A DNA stretch of 30,837 nt from Candidatus Krumholzibacteriia bacterium. GTDB taxonomy: Bacteria; Krumholzibacteriota; Krumholzibacteriia; WVZY01; JAKEHA01. Under the pieces are notes generated by a model that saw only the letters and a program-made list of their open reading frames with translations, made no database searches and was not told the DNA's origin. Made by a program: the position numbers and the translations under genes. This document shows positions 1 to 9,376 of the stretch, one piece after another. Location of the stretch: the NCBI GenBank assembly GCA_041742575.1, contig JBGSIK010000403.1:1-30837 (forward strand), read 5' to 3'. Each line of letters opens with the position of its first letter. The first letter of the stretch is position 1.

Positions 1-1
1 C

Positions 2-403
2 AAATCTGTGCCGATCAAATTCAACATCTTCTTGTTGAACGAAAACAACAAATTCGCGGACAAGCCGGACTTCACCAAAGAGGTCAAACTGAAAATCGAT
101 TTCTCGGGGCAGTCGGACACGCAGGCGTTGGATATCGACGGGGACTTCAACGGCGACAAGCGGAAGGATTTCGTGTTCGCGACCAGTGAAAACGAGCTCT
201 CGATCTACCTCGGAATCGCGGGCGACAAGAAGACGCTGTTGTCGAACAAGCCGGTGGCGAAAGTGCCGGCCGACGCCTTCGGCGAGCTGTCGAGCCAGGA
301 TCTCAACGAAGACGGCTATTCCGACATGGTCATCTACTACCCCGAAAGCAAGGACCGCAAGGGATTGGTCACGGTGCTGATCAACCGGCGGACGATAAAA
401 TGA
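2..403 (+). CDS. FG-GAP/VCBS repeat protein, C-terminal part only (5' end outside window)
   Basis: The frame is open from base 2 to TGA at 401-403. It has two FG-GAP-like Ca-binding motifs, DIDGDFNGDKRKDFVF and DLNEDGYSDMVI. Confidence 0.75.
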   Translation, partial: KSVPIKFNIFLLNENNKFADKPDFTKEVKLKIDFSGQSDTQALDIDGDFNGDKRKDFVFATSENELSIYLGIAGDKKTLLSNKPVAKVPADAFGELSSQDLNEDGYSDMVIYYPESKDRKGLVTVLINRRTIK

Positions 404-427
404 ACGGAGTCGCGGAAGCGCGGCGCG

Positions 428-1888
428 TCAACGCCAGGCCGCGACGGCTGTCTCCGGCGCGTCCGAGTCGGACAGGAACTTGTAGATGTCGGCGGCCGAC
501 TTCTTTCCCGCGCCCATCGCCTCGATCACGGTGGCGCTTCCCGTGACGATGTCGCCGCCCGCCCAGACGCGGGGGATAGAAGTCCTTCCGTTCACGTCGG
601 CGACGATGTTGCCCCACTTGTTGAGTTCGAGACCGGGAACCGATTTTGTGAGGAGCGGGTTCGCGTTCCCTCCAATGGCCATGATGACGAGGTCGGAGTC
701 GATCGTGAAGTAAGCGTCTTTCTTCGGAATCGGTCTCCTTCTCCCCGAGGCGTCGGGCTCGCCCAGTTCCATCTCCTGGCACTTGATGCTCTTCACCATG
801 CCCCTCTCGTCGCCCATGATCTCGACGGGACTCGAGAGCAACTTGAAGATGATGCCTTCTTGTTCGGCGTGGTGGATCTCTTCGGCGCGCGCGGGGAGTT
901 CCGTGCGCGACCGGCGGTAGACGATGTACACGTTGTCGGCGCCCAGCCGGAGCGCGGTGCGCGCGGAATCCATGGCGACGTTGCCGCCGCCGATGACGCA
1001 CACGGTCCTGCCCTTTACGATCGGCGTGTCGAAATCGGGGAAGAGGAACGCCTTCATGAGATTGGACCTGGTGAGGTATTCGTTGGCGGAATAAACGCCG
1101 CCGAGTTCCTCGCCCGGAATTCCCATGAAGCTCGGAAGCCCCGCGCCCACACCGATGAATACGGCCGAGTAGCCGTGCTTTTCGAAAAGCTCCTGTATCG
1201 TGATCGACCTGCCGATCACCTGGTTGAAATCGATGGTGACGCCGAGGTTCTCGAGGTACTCGACTTCTTTCTCGACGATCTTCTTCGGCAGACGGAACTC
1301 AGGAATTCCGTACATGAGAACGCCGCCGGGCCTGTGGAACGCTTCGAAGATCGTCACCTCGAAACCCAGCACGACGAGGTCCCCCGCCACGGTTAGCCCC
1401 GCGGGCCCGCAACCGACGACGGCGATCTTCTTCCCTCTGGGCGCTTGTTTCGCAGGGAGCTCGATCAAGTTGTGGTCGCGCTCGTAGTCGGCGGCGAAGC
1501 GTTCGAGACGCCCGATGGCGACCGGCTCGAATTTCTTTGCGAGCGAACACTCCACCTCACACTGGGTCTCCTGCGGGCATACTCTCCCGCAGATCGCGGG
1601 GAGGCAGTTGGTCTCCTTGATCTTCCGTGCCGCTCCGACGTAATCGCCCGCGACGATGAGCTTGATGAAACCGGGAATATCGACGTTCACCGGGCACCCA
1701 TTCATGCAGGAAGGCTTCTTGCACTGGATGCACCTGGCCGCCTCCATCTGCGCCTGCTCCGGCGTGTACCCGAAGGGGACTTCGTCGAAATTGTGCGCGC
1801 GGACCTTCGGGTCCTGCTCCGGCATCGGAGTCTTCTTCGGAATGATCTTTTTCTTTTCAGGCTTCTTCTTCTCTTCGGTGTCGCTCAC
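428..1888 (-). CDS. nfnB: NADH-dependent reduced ferredoxin:NADP+ oxidoreductase large subunit (GltA/SudA-like, GltD superfamily)
   Basis: 4Fe-4S motifs CIQCKKPSCMNGCP and CGRVCPQETQCEVEC, dinucleotide motifs VGCGPAG and IGGGNVAMD, and C-terminal AGGDIVTG. The GTG start overlaps the upstream stop (GTGA at 1885-1888). It is paired with an NfnA-type gene. Confidence 0.9.
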   Translation of the reverse strand: MSDTEEKKKPEKKKIIPKKTPMPEQDPKVRAHNFDEVPFGYTPEQAQMEAARCIQCKKPSCMNGCPVNVDIPGFIKLIVAGDYVGAARKIKETNCLPAICGRVCPQETQCEVECSLAKKFEPVAIGRLERFAADYERDHNLIELPAKQAPRGKKIAVVGCGPAGLTVAGDLVVLGFEVTIFEAFHRPGGVLMYGIPEFRLPKKIVEKEVEYLENLGVTIDFNQVIGRSITIQELFEKHGYSAVFIGVGAGLPSFMGIPGEELGGVYSANEYLTRSNLMKAFLFPDFDTPIVKGRTVCVIGGGNVAMDSARTALRLGADNVYIVYRRSRTELPARAEEIHHAEQEGIIFKLLSSPVEIMGDERGMVKSIKCQEMELGEPDASGRRRPIPKKDAYFTIDSDLVIMAIGGNANPLLTKSVPGLELNKWGNIVADVNGRTSIPRVWAGGDIVTGSATVIEAMGAGKKSAADIYKFLSDSDAPETAVAAWR

Positions 1889-2727
1889 TTGATCCCAGCC
1901 TCCTCGATGTATTTATCCAGCGAGCACTTTTCCTCTTTGATGTAGATCTTCTGGCGCTTCATGAGCGTGTCCCAATCCACGACGTGGGCGTCGAACTCGG
2001 GGCCATCGACGCATGTGAATTGCGTCTTGCCGCCGATGGACACCCGACACCCGCCGCACATCCCCGTTCCATCGACCATGACCGAGTTCAGGCTCGCGAT
2101 GGTGCGCACGCCGAAAGGCTTCGTGGTGAGCGCGCAGAACTTCATCATGATCGCGGGGCCGATCGCGTACACGCAGCCGATTTTCTTATCGCGATCGTTC
2201 TCGAGAATTTCCTTGAGCGGCTCGGTGACGAGGCCCTTCCGGCCGTAAGTCCCGTCATCGGTGGTGATGACGTGCTCGTCGGACACCGAAGCGATTTTCT
2301 CCTCCCAGAAGAGGAGGCTCTTGGACCTCGCGCCGTGTATCGATATGACGCGATTCCCCACCTCATGGAGACGCCGGGCGATGGGGTAGATCGGCGCCGT
2401 TCCCACGCCGCCGGCCACCATAATGACGGTCCCGAAGTTCTCGATATCGGAGGGGTGTCCGAGCGGGCCGACGAGCGCATAGAGGGTCCCCCCCTCGGGG
2501 AGCCGTGTCGTTTTCATGCTCGTGGTGCCGACGACCATAATGACGAGCGTGATCGTCCCCGCCTTGCGATCGAAATCGGCGATGGTGAGGGGGATCCGTT
2601 CTCCCCTCTCTTCGGGCATGGCCAGGACGAAGTGCCCCGGCTCGGCCTTGGCGGCGATGAGCGGGGCCTCGATGACCATTTCGAAAATATCTTTAACGAG
2701 CTCGCGTTTCTTGATGATCCGGCTCAT
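1885..2727 (-). CDS. nfnA: NfnA/SudB small subunit (FNR-like FAD/NAD-binding, 2Fe-2S)
   Basis: Motifs ERIPLTIAD, AGGVGTAP, DGTGMCGGCRV and CVDGPEF. The ATG at 2727 (MSRIIKKREL) fits the family N-terminus better than the GTG at 2766. Confidence 0.9.
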   Translation of the reverse strand: MSRIIKKRELVKDIFEMVIEAPLIAAKAEPGHFVLAMPEERGERIPLTIADFDRKAGTITLVIMVVGTTSMKTTRLPEGGTLYALVGPLGHPSDIENFGTVIMVAGGVGTAPIYPIARRLHEVGNRVISIHGARSKSLLFWEEKIASVSDEHVITTDDGTYGRKGLVTEPLKEILENDRDKKIGCVYAIGPAIMMKFCALTTKPFGVRTIASLNSVMVDGTGMCGGCRVSIGGKTQFTCVDGPEFDAHVVDWDTLMKRQKIYIKEEKCSLDKYIEEAGIK

Positions 2728-2791
2728 GGGCTGCGTTCCTATGCTTTGGATTCGTGTGGGTGACAATCGCGCAGTTCTAACTTAGCGAAGA

Positions 2792-2820
2792 AAGATAGCA
2801 AAACCAAGACGGGGCGTCAA
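2792..2820 (-). promoter_or_regulatory. sigma70-type promoter of nfnAB
   Basis: Minus strand reads TTGACG-N17-TATCTT, with an extended -10 TG. Confidence 0.65.
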
Positions 2821-2944
2821 GTGCGGCCATTGCATCGAATTACCGCGGCGATCGACCCGCGGGAGACGGGTGCCCCGCGGGCGCCTTCGAGGCCGCGGGC
2901 AGCGGCTGTTCCCCCTCTCCGTCTTTATTTCCCTGGCTCGCTTG

Positions 2945-2953
2945 TGGTATAAT
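2945..2953 (+). promoter_or_regulatory. extended -10 promoter element for the 3092 gene
   Basis: TGGTATAAT (TGn plus a perfect TATAAT) about 140 nt upstream of ATG 3092. The -35 is weak. Confidence 0.55.
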
Positions 2954-3091
2954 TCCGCCCGTCACTAACCCGCCTTCCCTGCTCAAACTCCGATCCACAC
3001 ACCAACCGGAAGACGGCATTCAATCGTTCATATCCTGGTCGCTGCGATCCCCCCCCAGATCAATTCCTAACGGGGAGTAAGTGAGCGAATC

Positions 3092-6000
3092 ATGAATCGG
3101 CGGAACATCGTCCCGTTCATAGGTTTCCTATTATTGGCGGTCATGTTGTGCCCAAGCGCGGGCTCGGCGTATTACCTCAAAATGACATCGCCCCCCGACG
3201 TGGACAAATCGTATCCGAACAACACCTGCTGGCTGGCCACTGCGGCCAACATGCTGGCCGGGGCCGGATACGGCGTCAGCAGCCCGATCACCACGCCGCA
3301 AGGCCGGGCCATGTACATCTACGGCCAGCTCGTGGAGGAATTCGGCCAGATCGAGTGAGGGTACATCGACACAGCCATCAGTTGGTGGCTCAAAAACAGA
3401 AACGATGACTCCGACAACACGTACGACATCGTCCAATTCTACGGCAATCGGCGCCGAGAGCCCTGGCGAGAAGAGTACGGGGCGCAATTCATCAGTAATA
3501 GTCTCCGGCGTTGTCGCTATGCCGGCTTAGGACTCAGCTGGGCCGGTCCGGTCTCCAGCAGCTGCGGGCAGCTGCATGTGGTGACCGCTTGGGGAGACGA
3601 GCAGGGTACTGGTTACCTCTCGGACAATCCGGCCACCTTCAATATCACGGATTCGGACAATGAGCTCATCCTGGGACCTACTCAGCCGAACGTCAGAACC
3701 TATGGCCTGCAGTACAACGGTCCCGCGGGAGAAGGCTGGTACCTCCCCACCTACGACGTCTACCCGACACACCCGTTCATCATGAACGTCGCCTTCCTGG
3801 TCCAGGGGAATTACAGCTTGCCGGCCGATTGCTACGAGGCGGTCAAGGTGGTCGGATCCTACCGGCTCACTCAGGTTGGTTCGACCGCTGCCACCGGGTT
3901 GGACTACAGGGCTGGGACGGACGTCGGGATTTACTGGTATGAAACCCATGCCGGCGTGGAAGGCGACTCCACGGCCACACCAGTGCCTGGTCACGATCCA
4001 CCGTGGGCCTACGACTTTGAATGGACTTTCGATGAACCTGTGCCGCAAGGGACGCAGGTGACGATATTCACCGAGTTTGCCGAGTGCGTCAGGAACGCGA
4101 TCTATTACAGAGATGTTAGTTTCACCTATGACTCGCGCGACCGCGTCCAGGCCCCCGGCGGGGCCGCTGCGCCACGGGACATCACTGTCCCGGCGATACA
4201 GATCACGGTGGACACCGAGGATCTCTCCGATACGGACATCCCCAACATCTGCGGCGGACAAGTGGTCGGAGCCTTCGAATTGTACAGCGATGAAGCCCGC
4301 ACCACCTTGCTGGGTGAATTCAGATTCGAACACGAGTACAACTGGGATCAGGATCCGGAGCACCACTGGTTTACGGTCGCACTGAGGGACAACACACCCT
4401 GTTGGGTCGGGGACGTCCGGTTCGGGCACAGTCATGGTTTCCTCGACCAGGAAGCGCTGTGGGAATTCGAGGAGTGGTTCGAAGTGCATTATGGAACTGC
4501 CGCTCTGACCGCCACGGATTCGATCAGCTATACCTTGAGCTGGGACGGCCGGCTACCCTACCCGCCGATGACTTCGGGGGACGAGCAACAGTTGGATTGC
4601 ATCGACCATACGTGTTGGAGCGTCCAGGATGTGGACCTCTTCCAGGACAACTTCCCAACCAACGGGACTTCGGCGGGGGCGGGTCGGATCGATATGGCCC
4701 GGCTTCTCGGCCTTGCCTCCGGCGCCGTTCTCGGCGACTCGGCCGTGGTCTCTGTTTACGATTCGCTGGGCATTGCCGAGGATAATTCGATAGGTGGGCC
4801 GGCGGTGTACTTCTACCTGCATCGCGCGCCGGCCACCAAACCCGTGAATCCGATCAGCGCAGTGGAGAACGCGTTTCGCTGGCCGATGGTCGATTCGACT
4901 ACTGCGGCCGACGGACGGCTGTGGTATCGATTCCGGATGGACAGCTGTTTCACCGATCCGGCCGGACCGGGCACTCGCACCGGATATGTGCCCGACCGAT
5001 ACTGCATCGATGTCAACGACAACTATTTCGAGAATGGTGACACCTTGTGGTTCGTCTTCGGTTCCCGGAACGTTGGGGATGAATTCACCTGGTGGAGCCA
5101 AAGTGCCGGGGCGGTTTCCACGTTGGACGAAGCCTGCGCAGCGCCGATGGAGATGCAGATCCTGCCCGGAGCCGGTCCCGGTCGCGGCGGCGATATTCTG
5201 TATGTCGACAACTTCGGGAACCGCGCGGCGAGGGCCGACTACGATTGGGCCTTCAAGATGATGGGTTTGGACCAACAGGTCGACCGGTTCGACAAGCGCG
5301 GGGCGTCTCTGGCCGTCGGCAACGGCCTGGGCAACATCTGCGGGAACGCCGAAGGCCAGCTGATCCCCAATTATCGAAAGATCATTTGGGATTCAGGGAA
5401 TCTAAAGCAGGGAACGGTCGGTGACGGCACCGGCGCTCCGGAGTTGTCCGATGATTTCGCACTGCTCAGTCAATTCCTGAATAATCACACCAACTCCTCA
5501 GGCTGCGGCGTATATCTCACCGGAGACAACCTGGCCGAAGAGTGGGCCGGTTTCAGCAGCGCATCTGCCGTCAATTTCCAGGCTACCTATATGCCCCATG
5601 ATCTGATCACCGGCGATCATAAGCCCTTACACGGCGGATCTCCGTTCGTGATCGGAGAAACCGGCGGTATATTCACGAGCGGCAGCCCGATCATGCCGGA
5701 CACGCTGGTCGCCTATCAAGACTGGCGGGCGGCCTCCGGCCCCGCCGATTTCGATCAGGTGAAGCCTAAACCTGGCGCCGTACTGCAGATGACCTACCGA
5801 GGCACGCATAGCTCGACTGACGGAGCGGTGTTGTCTTATTCCACCAGCAACTATAATGGTCCGGTGGGCGTTGTGCTGTCCAGTTTCAGCTATCACGCCA
5901 TCCGCGACGACCGCCCCCAGAATCCCATGGACCGTGTCGAGCATCTGTACCGGATTCTCACCTGGCTGGGAAACGCCATCGATGAGCCGACCGGGAGCGA

Positions 6001-6298
6001 GGCTGCGCTGCCGTTCCGTGACTATTTGGCCCAGAACTTCCCGAATCCCTTCAATCCGTACACTACCATCCGCTATTCGATTCGGGAGCGCTCACACGTG
6101 ACCTTGAGGATATACAACGTGGCGGGCCAACTGGTGCGGACGCTGGTGGATGGCGAACAGTTGCCGCGGGCGGAGGGATTCACGATCAAGTGGGACGGCC
6201 GAAACGAAACCGGAGAAGCGGTCGCGACCGGCGTTTACCTGTACCGGCTGGTAACGAAGCAGTACACACAGACCAGGAAGCTGGTGTTGCTAAAGTGA
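3092..6298 (+). CDS. Secreted multidomain protein with an N-terminal IdeS/Mac (C66)-like cysteine peptidase domain and a C-terminal FlgD-Ig/T9SS-type domain; one in-frame UGA at codon 89 (selenoprotein candidate or pseudogene)
   Basis: Track ORFs 3092..3358 and 3578..6298 share a frame, and TGA 3356-3358 is the only stop between them. Features: signal peptide MNRRNIVPFIGFLLLAVMLCPSAGSA; NNTCWLATAANML (Cys46); LHVVTAWG (His162); ITDSD; C-terminal QNFPNPFNP...WDGRN...GVYLYRL...RKLVLLK. Confidence 0.8.
3373..3390 (+). other. Candidate bacterial SECIS-like stem-loop
   Basis: AGCCATC-AGTT-GGTGGCT forms a 7-bp stem (one G-U) with a 4-nt loop having G at position 2. The loop starts 21 nt after the in-frame UGA. 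Confidence 0.35.
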
Positions 6299-6401
6299 CA
6301 CAAAAGCGGCTGGAGTCAATCTAGGTTTTGTGGTCGAGAGCGGAACGGTTATCGACATATCGCGAATTCACTGACAGCGTGTCTAACGATGATTCGATTG
6401 G

Positions 6402-6437
6402 ATCCTGTGGCTCGATCACGTGATCGAGCCACAGGAT
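6402..6437. repeat. Perfect spacerless 36-bp palindrome between convergent genes
   Basis: ATCCTGTGGCTCGATCACGTGATCGAGCCACAGGAT is its own reverse complement. It extends to 6390-6445 with a 4-nt bulge and one G-T pair. Confidence 0.95.
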
Positions 6438-6442
6438 TCGAG

Positions 6443-8236
6443 TCACTCTCCTCGCCGCGCTGAGATCTCGCGGTCTCCGCGCGAGAGGACGAACTCGATC
6501 ACGCCCCGGGGCGACGGGCCGATGCGGGCTGAAACTGAGACCCCCGTCATCGGGTCCCACGATTCGAGGCGCTCCCCACCCACGGGGAAGAAGCGGCACG
6601 CGGGATCCACGGGTCTCATGATCATTCCCAACAGTCTGTTCTTTCCCGAGCGCTCCCAGGCATAGGTGCGGGTCACGTCTCCGCGCTCGTGGCGAAAACG
6701 AACGGCCGTGAGGAAGTGTACCTCGCCGCTTCCGGTCCCCAGCACTTCGTATCCTTGTAGCGGCCCGAATTGCTCCTCCTGGCCCTTCGTCCGTTCTTCG
6801 TATGCGTTCCGGAGGTTCTCGATCGGGACCTTCCCCTGGTATGCATCAAACAGAGGAGTGAAGTCTCCTTTTGCACACGCGCCCACGATGCGATCGATCT
6901 CACGGCTCATGGTGACGAGCCGCTCGACGTTCTCCGTGGGCGGCGAGTAAATATACGCGTAGGCCGTCCATCCGTGGGGGACCACGCGAAGGGAATTGCG
7001 ATCGACGCTAACAGCGTATCTCTGACCGTTATCGAGTTCGTAGTCTCCGGCCCATTCGACGAGCACGCTCTGGCCGACGTCCACGACCTGGGGAACATGC
7101 GGATAGGGTTTGCCCATGAAAGCGCGTTCCTCGATCTGTGAGAGGAGATTGTTCGCCGTGGGGAAATCGGCTAATACGTTGGTCTGCAGAAACGCGACGA
7201 TATCGCGCGCGGGCACGATGGCGAGGTCGGCGAAGAAGATGCCATTCCCACCGTTGTGCGTGATGATGCGTACGCCGGGAGCGAGATCCACGATCGACCA
7301 GCCGTATCCGTAGAACGACAGGCTGTCGCCGTTGCTCTCATCGACGTAGGGTTTCCAGAGGGCGTCTCGAGTCGCGACGGAGAGCGTCGAGCCTTTGAGG
7401 AGCGTCTCCGCCCAGCGCACCATTTCCTCGGCCGTCGAGTGGATGCCGCCGTTGGCGCGCAAGGCCCAGTAGGGACCGTCCTCCGCCATCGGCCGTTCGA
7501 GGACCGTTCCCCAGCGTTCGCTGCCCGTGTACCCCTGCGCGATCCGCGACTCCTCCCATTTCGGGATCTGGTAGCCGGTTTCCGCGAGTCCCGCGGGATC
7601 GAAGACGAGTTCGCGCATGGCCTGCTCGTAACTTTTTTTCGTCACCAGCTCGATCACCGCGCCGAGGAGACTGAAGTTGGCATTCGCGTACGCGTACCGC
7701 TCGCCGGGGGCGGAGGCGAGCTGCCCCGTGAGGACGGCGCGGACGTACTCCTCGCGTCCGACCGGGTCGAAATCGTCGATGCCTTCGGGGTCCGTGATGC
7801 CGGAAGAGTGCGTGAGCAAGTGGTGGAGCGTGATCGTCTTTTTGTCAGGCGGTGTCTCGGGGAAGTATTTCCCCAGCGGGTCGTCGAAGCGCACGCGCCC
7901 TTGCTCCACGAGTTTCGCGATGCCGGCGGCCGTGAACTGCTTGGTGATGGAGCCGATGTCGGCGATGGTGGTTGGAGTCCAGGGGAGGTTTCGCTCACGA
8001 TCGGCGAGGCCGTGGCCGTCCGCGATCACGGGCTTCCCGCCCTCGGTGATGCACACGACTCCGGCAAATCCGAGCTTCTCCAAGCGCGAGAAATACAACT
8101 TGGTGTCCTGGACGAACGACTCGTCGAGGGTGGCGGCGGAAGCGTTGGAAGAGCAGATCACACCGGGACCGCGCGTCGCAACCGGCAGTACGGCGGCCAA
8201 AACCAGGACAACCGCAACAATTGACCGGGGTTTCAT
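6443..8236 (-). CDS. Exported serine hydrolase, beta-lactamase/PBP-like family (class C/AmpC-like fold), with C-terminal extension
   Basis: SxxK (GSITKQF), LLTHSSG, YxN (YAYANANF) and HNGG motifs, plus a signal peptide. SD AAGGAG precedes ATG 8236. Confidence 0.85.
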   Translation of the reverse strand: MKPRSIVAVVLVLAAVLPVATRGPGVICSSNASAATLDESFVQDTKLYFSRLEKLGFAGVVCITEGGKPVIADGHGLADRERNLPWTPTTIADIGSITKQFTAAGIAKLVEQGRVRFDDPLGKYFPETPPDKKTITLHHLLTHSSGITDPEGIDDFDPVGREEYVRAVLTGQLASAPGERYAYANANFSLLGAVIELVTKKSYEQAMRELVFDPAGLAETGYQIPKWEESRIAQGYTGSERWGTVLERPMAEDGPYWALRANGGIHSTAEEMVRWAETLLKGSTLSVATRDALWKPYVDESNGDSLSFYGYGWSIVDLAPGVRIITHNGGNGIFFADLAIVPARDIVAFLQTNVLADFPTANNLLSQIEERAFMGKPYPHVPQVVDVGQSVLVEWAGDYELDNGQRYAVSVDRNSLRVVPHGWTAYAYIYSPPTENVERLVTMSREIDRIVGACAKGDFTPLFDAYQGKVPIENLRNAYEERTKGQEEQFGPLQGYEVLGTGSGEVHFLTAVRFRHERGDVTRTYAWERSGKNRLLGMIMRPVDPACRFFPVGGERLESWDPMTGVSVSARIGPSPRGVIEFVLSRGDREISARRGE

Positions 8237-8335
8237 ATCGAACTCCTTACAAGTCGAACTCGTCACAGGGATTTAGTACGGAAAATCCGGCACAAATAGA
8301 CCCTCTCTGCCAACACCAAGAGGCGTCCGACAGCC

Positions 8336-8397
8336 CCCCGCGTGGCACCGGTTTCGGTTAGGGGGGAGTGGACCCGGAAACACGGTACCACACGGGG
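8336..8397. repeat. Imperfect long inverted repeat in a divergent intergenic region
   Basis: Arms at 8336-8357 and 8374-8397. The two internal C-A mismatches on + are G-U pairs on the minus strand. Confidence 0.7.
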
Positions 8398-8666
8398 AGC
8401 AAAGGGAAAATAGCAAGCAGCGTTGATGGCCCTTATACGCGGCCGGCCTTATGGCGGTTCCGGGCGGCGGGTGGGTATTTTTCCGGATCGCTCAAGGGCA
8501 CGCGACCCGTTCTTTATTGATGGCCGGGATTTCCTGTTCGGCTCGTGTGCCGCCTCTGATAGGATTCCTGCCGGCGATTCGTTGGCTCCTTCGCGGAGTC
8601 TGTGAACACCGTCGAAGGGGTCCATCGGTTCGGATCACCCCGGTTTCCGGGAAGAGAGGAGATGGC

Positions 8667-9287
8667 ATGAAACGTTCACAACGATTCGGGCTGGTCTTGA
8701 TATGCCTCGTGACGTGTCTGGGGACGGCGGCGGGCAACACCGCCTCCGCGGAGAAGGCCGGTGCGGTGGGGATTCGCGCTGGAGTGGGAACGGATATCGA
8801 AGGCGGACTGGCTTACGGCGCTCAGCTCAACTACACCCTGTTTCAGGGTCCTAATGCGTTCGAGTTGGGGCTCGCGGTTTTCGGCGGAAAATTCGAGGAG
8901 GAGAGCAGCAACGGCTACAACGACTATTTCGAAGAGACCAACCTCCTCGTGTTCGGCGCGCTCGCCAACTATCTCTTCCGATACGCGATGGAGCTGGAAG
9001 GACCGTATTTCGCGGCCGGCATCGGTGTGGGCGCGATCTCCGTCGAATGGGAAGAGCGGAGCCCAACGGACATCTCGCTCGGGACACCGACGCCCGACGG
9101 GGGCAGCATGCAGTCGGAAGATGCGACCGCTGCGGGACTGATCCTCAACTTCGGAATCGGCTACCGGCTGACCGAGCAATTCGACCTTCGCGCCCAGGTG
9201 CCGACGTTCTTCATTTCGGGATCGGACGACCGGGACGGGAAGGTCATTCCGACGATCACCCTCACGTTGGGGTTCAATTTCAGCTAG
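8667..9287 (+). CDS. Small outer-membrane beta-barrel protein
   Basis: Signal peptide MKRSQRFGLVLICLVTCLGTAAG, alternating Gly/aromatic strands (GIRAGVG, YFAAGIGVG, LNFGIGYRL) and terminal LTLGFNFS. A purine-rich SD (GAGGAG) precedes ATG 8667. Confidence 0.75.
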   Translation: MKRSQRFGLVLICLVTCLGTAAGNTASAEKAGAVGIRAGVGTDIEGGLAYGAQLNYTLFQGPNAFELGLAVFGGKFEEESSNGYNDYFEETNLLVFGALANYLFRYAMELEGPYFAAGIGVGAISVEWEERSPTDISLGTPTPDGGSMQSEDATAAGLILNFGIGYRLTEQFDLRAQVPTFFISGSDDRDGKVIPTITLTLGFNFS

Positions 9288-9312
9288 TGACGTGCGCGGG
9301 AAGGCGCTCCCC

Positions 9313-9360
9313 AAGAAGAGAAAGGGCCGCAAGTGTGGTTGCAGCCCCTTCTCTTTCTTT
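9313..9360. terminator. Probable bidirectional intrinsic terminator
   Basis: Hairpin GGGCCGCAA/TTGCAGCCC with an A-rich left flank and a T-rich right flank, between convergent genes. Confidence 0.7.
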
Positions 9361-9376
9361 ACAGCAAGAGCGTCGA

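Noticed and set aside
428-1888. Glutamate synthase small subunit gltD
   Set aside because: No gltB large subunit is adjacent. It is translationally coupled to an NfnA/SudB-type gene, the signature of NfnAB.
2730-2830. Rex operator upstream of nfnAB
   Set aside because: No good match to TTGTGAA-N4-TTCACAA. Only a short CTAA-C-TTAG dyad near the start site.
2855-2900. Dispersed CCCCGCGG repeat family (also near 8336 and 15430)
   Set aside because: The shared core is only about 8 bp of pure GC in a GC-rich genome and the flanks do not align, so it is compatible with chance.
3356-3358. Genome-wide UGA reassignment (Trp or Gly) as the explanation of the in-frame stop
   Set aside because: Many genes here end at TGA exactly at their family C-terminus: LLK-TGA at 6296-6298, nfnA and cusC with (G/A)TGA overlaps, cusA, and the sigma. 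UGA is therefore a normal stop.
6443-8236. Antibiotic-resistance beta-lactamase
   Set aside because: The motifs define only the broad serine hydrolase family. There is no mobile context, and the long C-terminal extension is atypical of AmpC.
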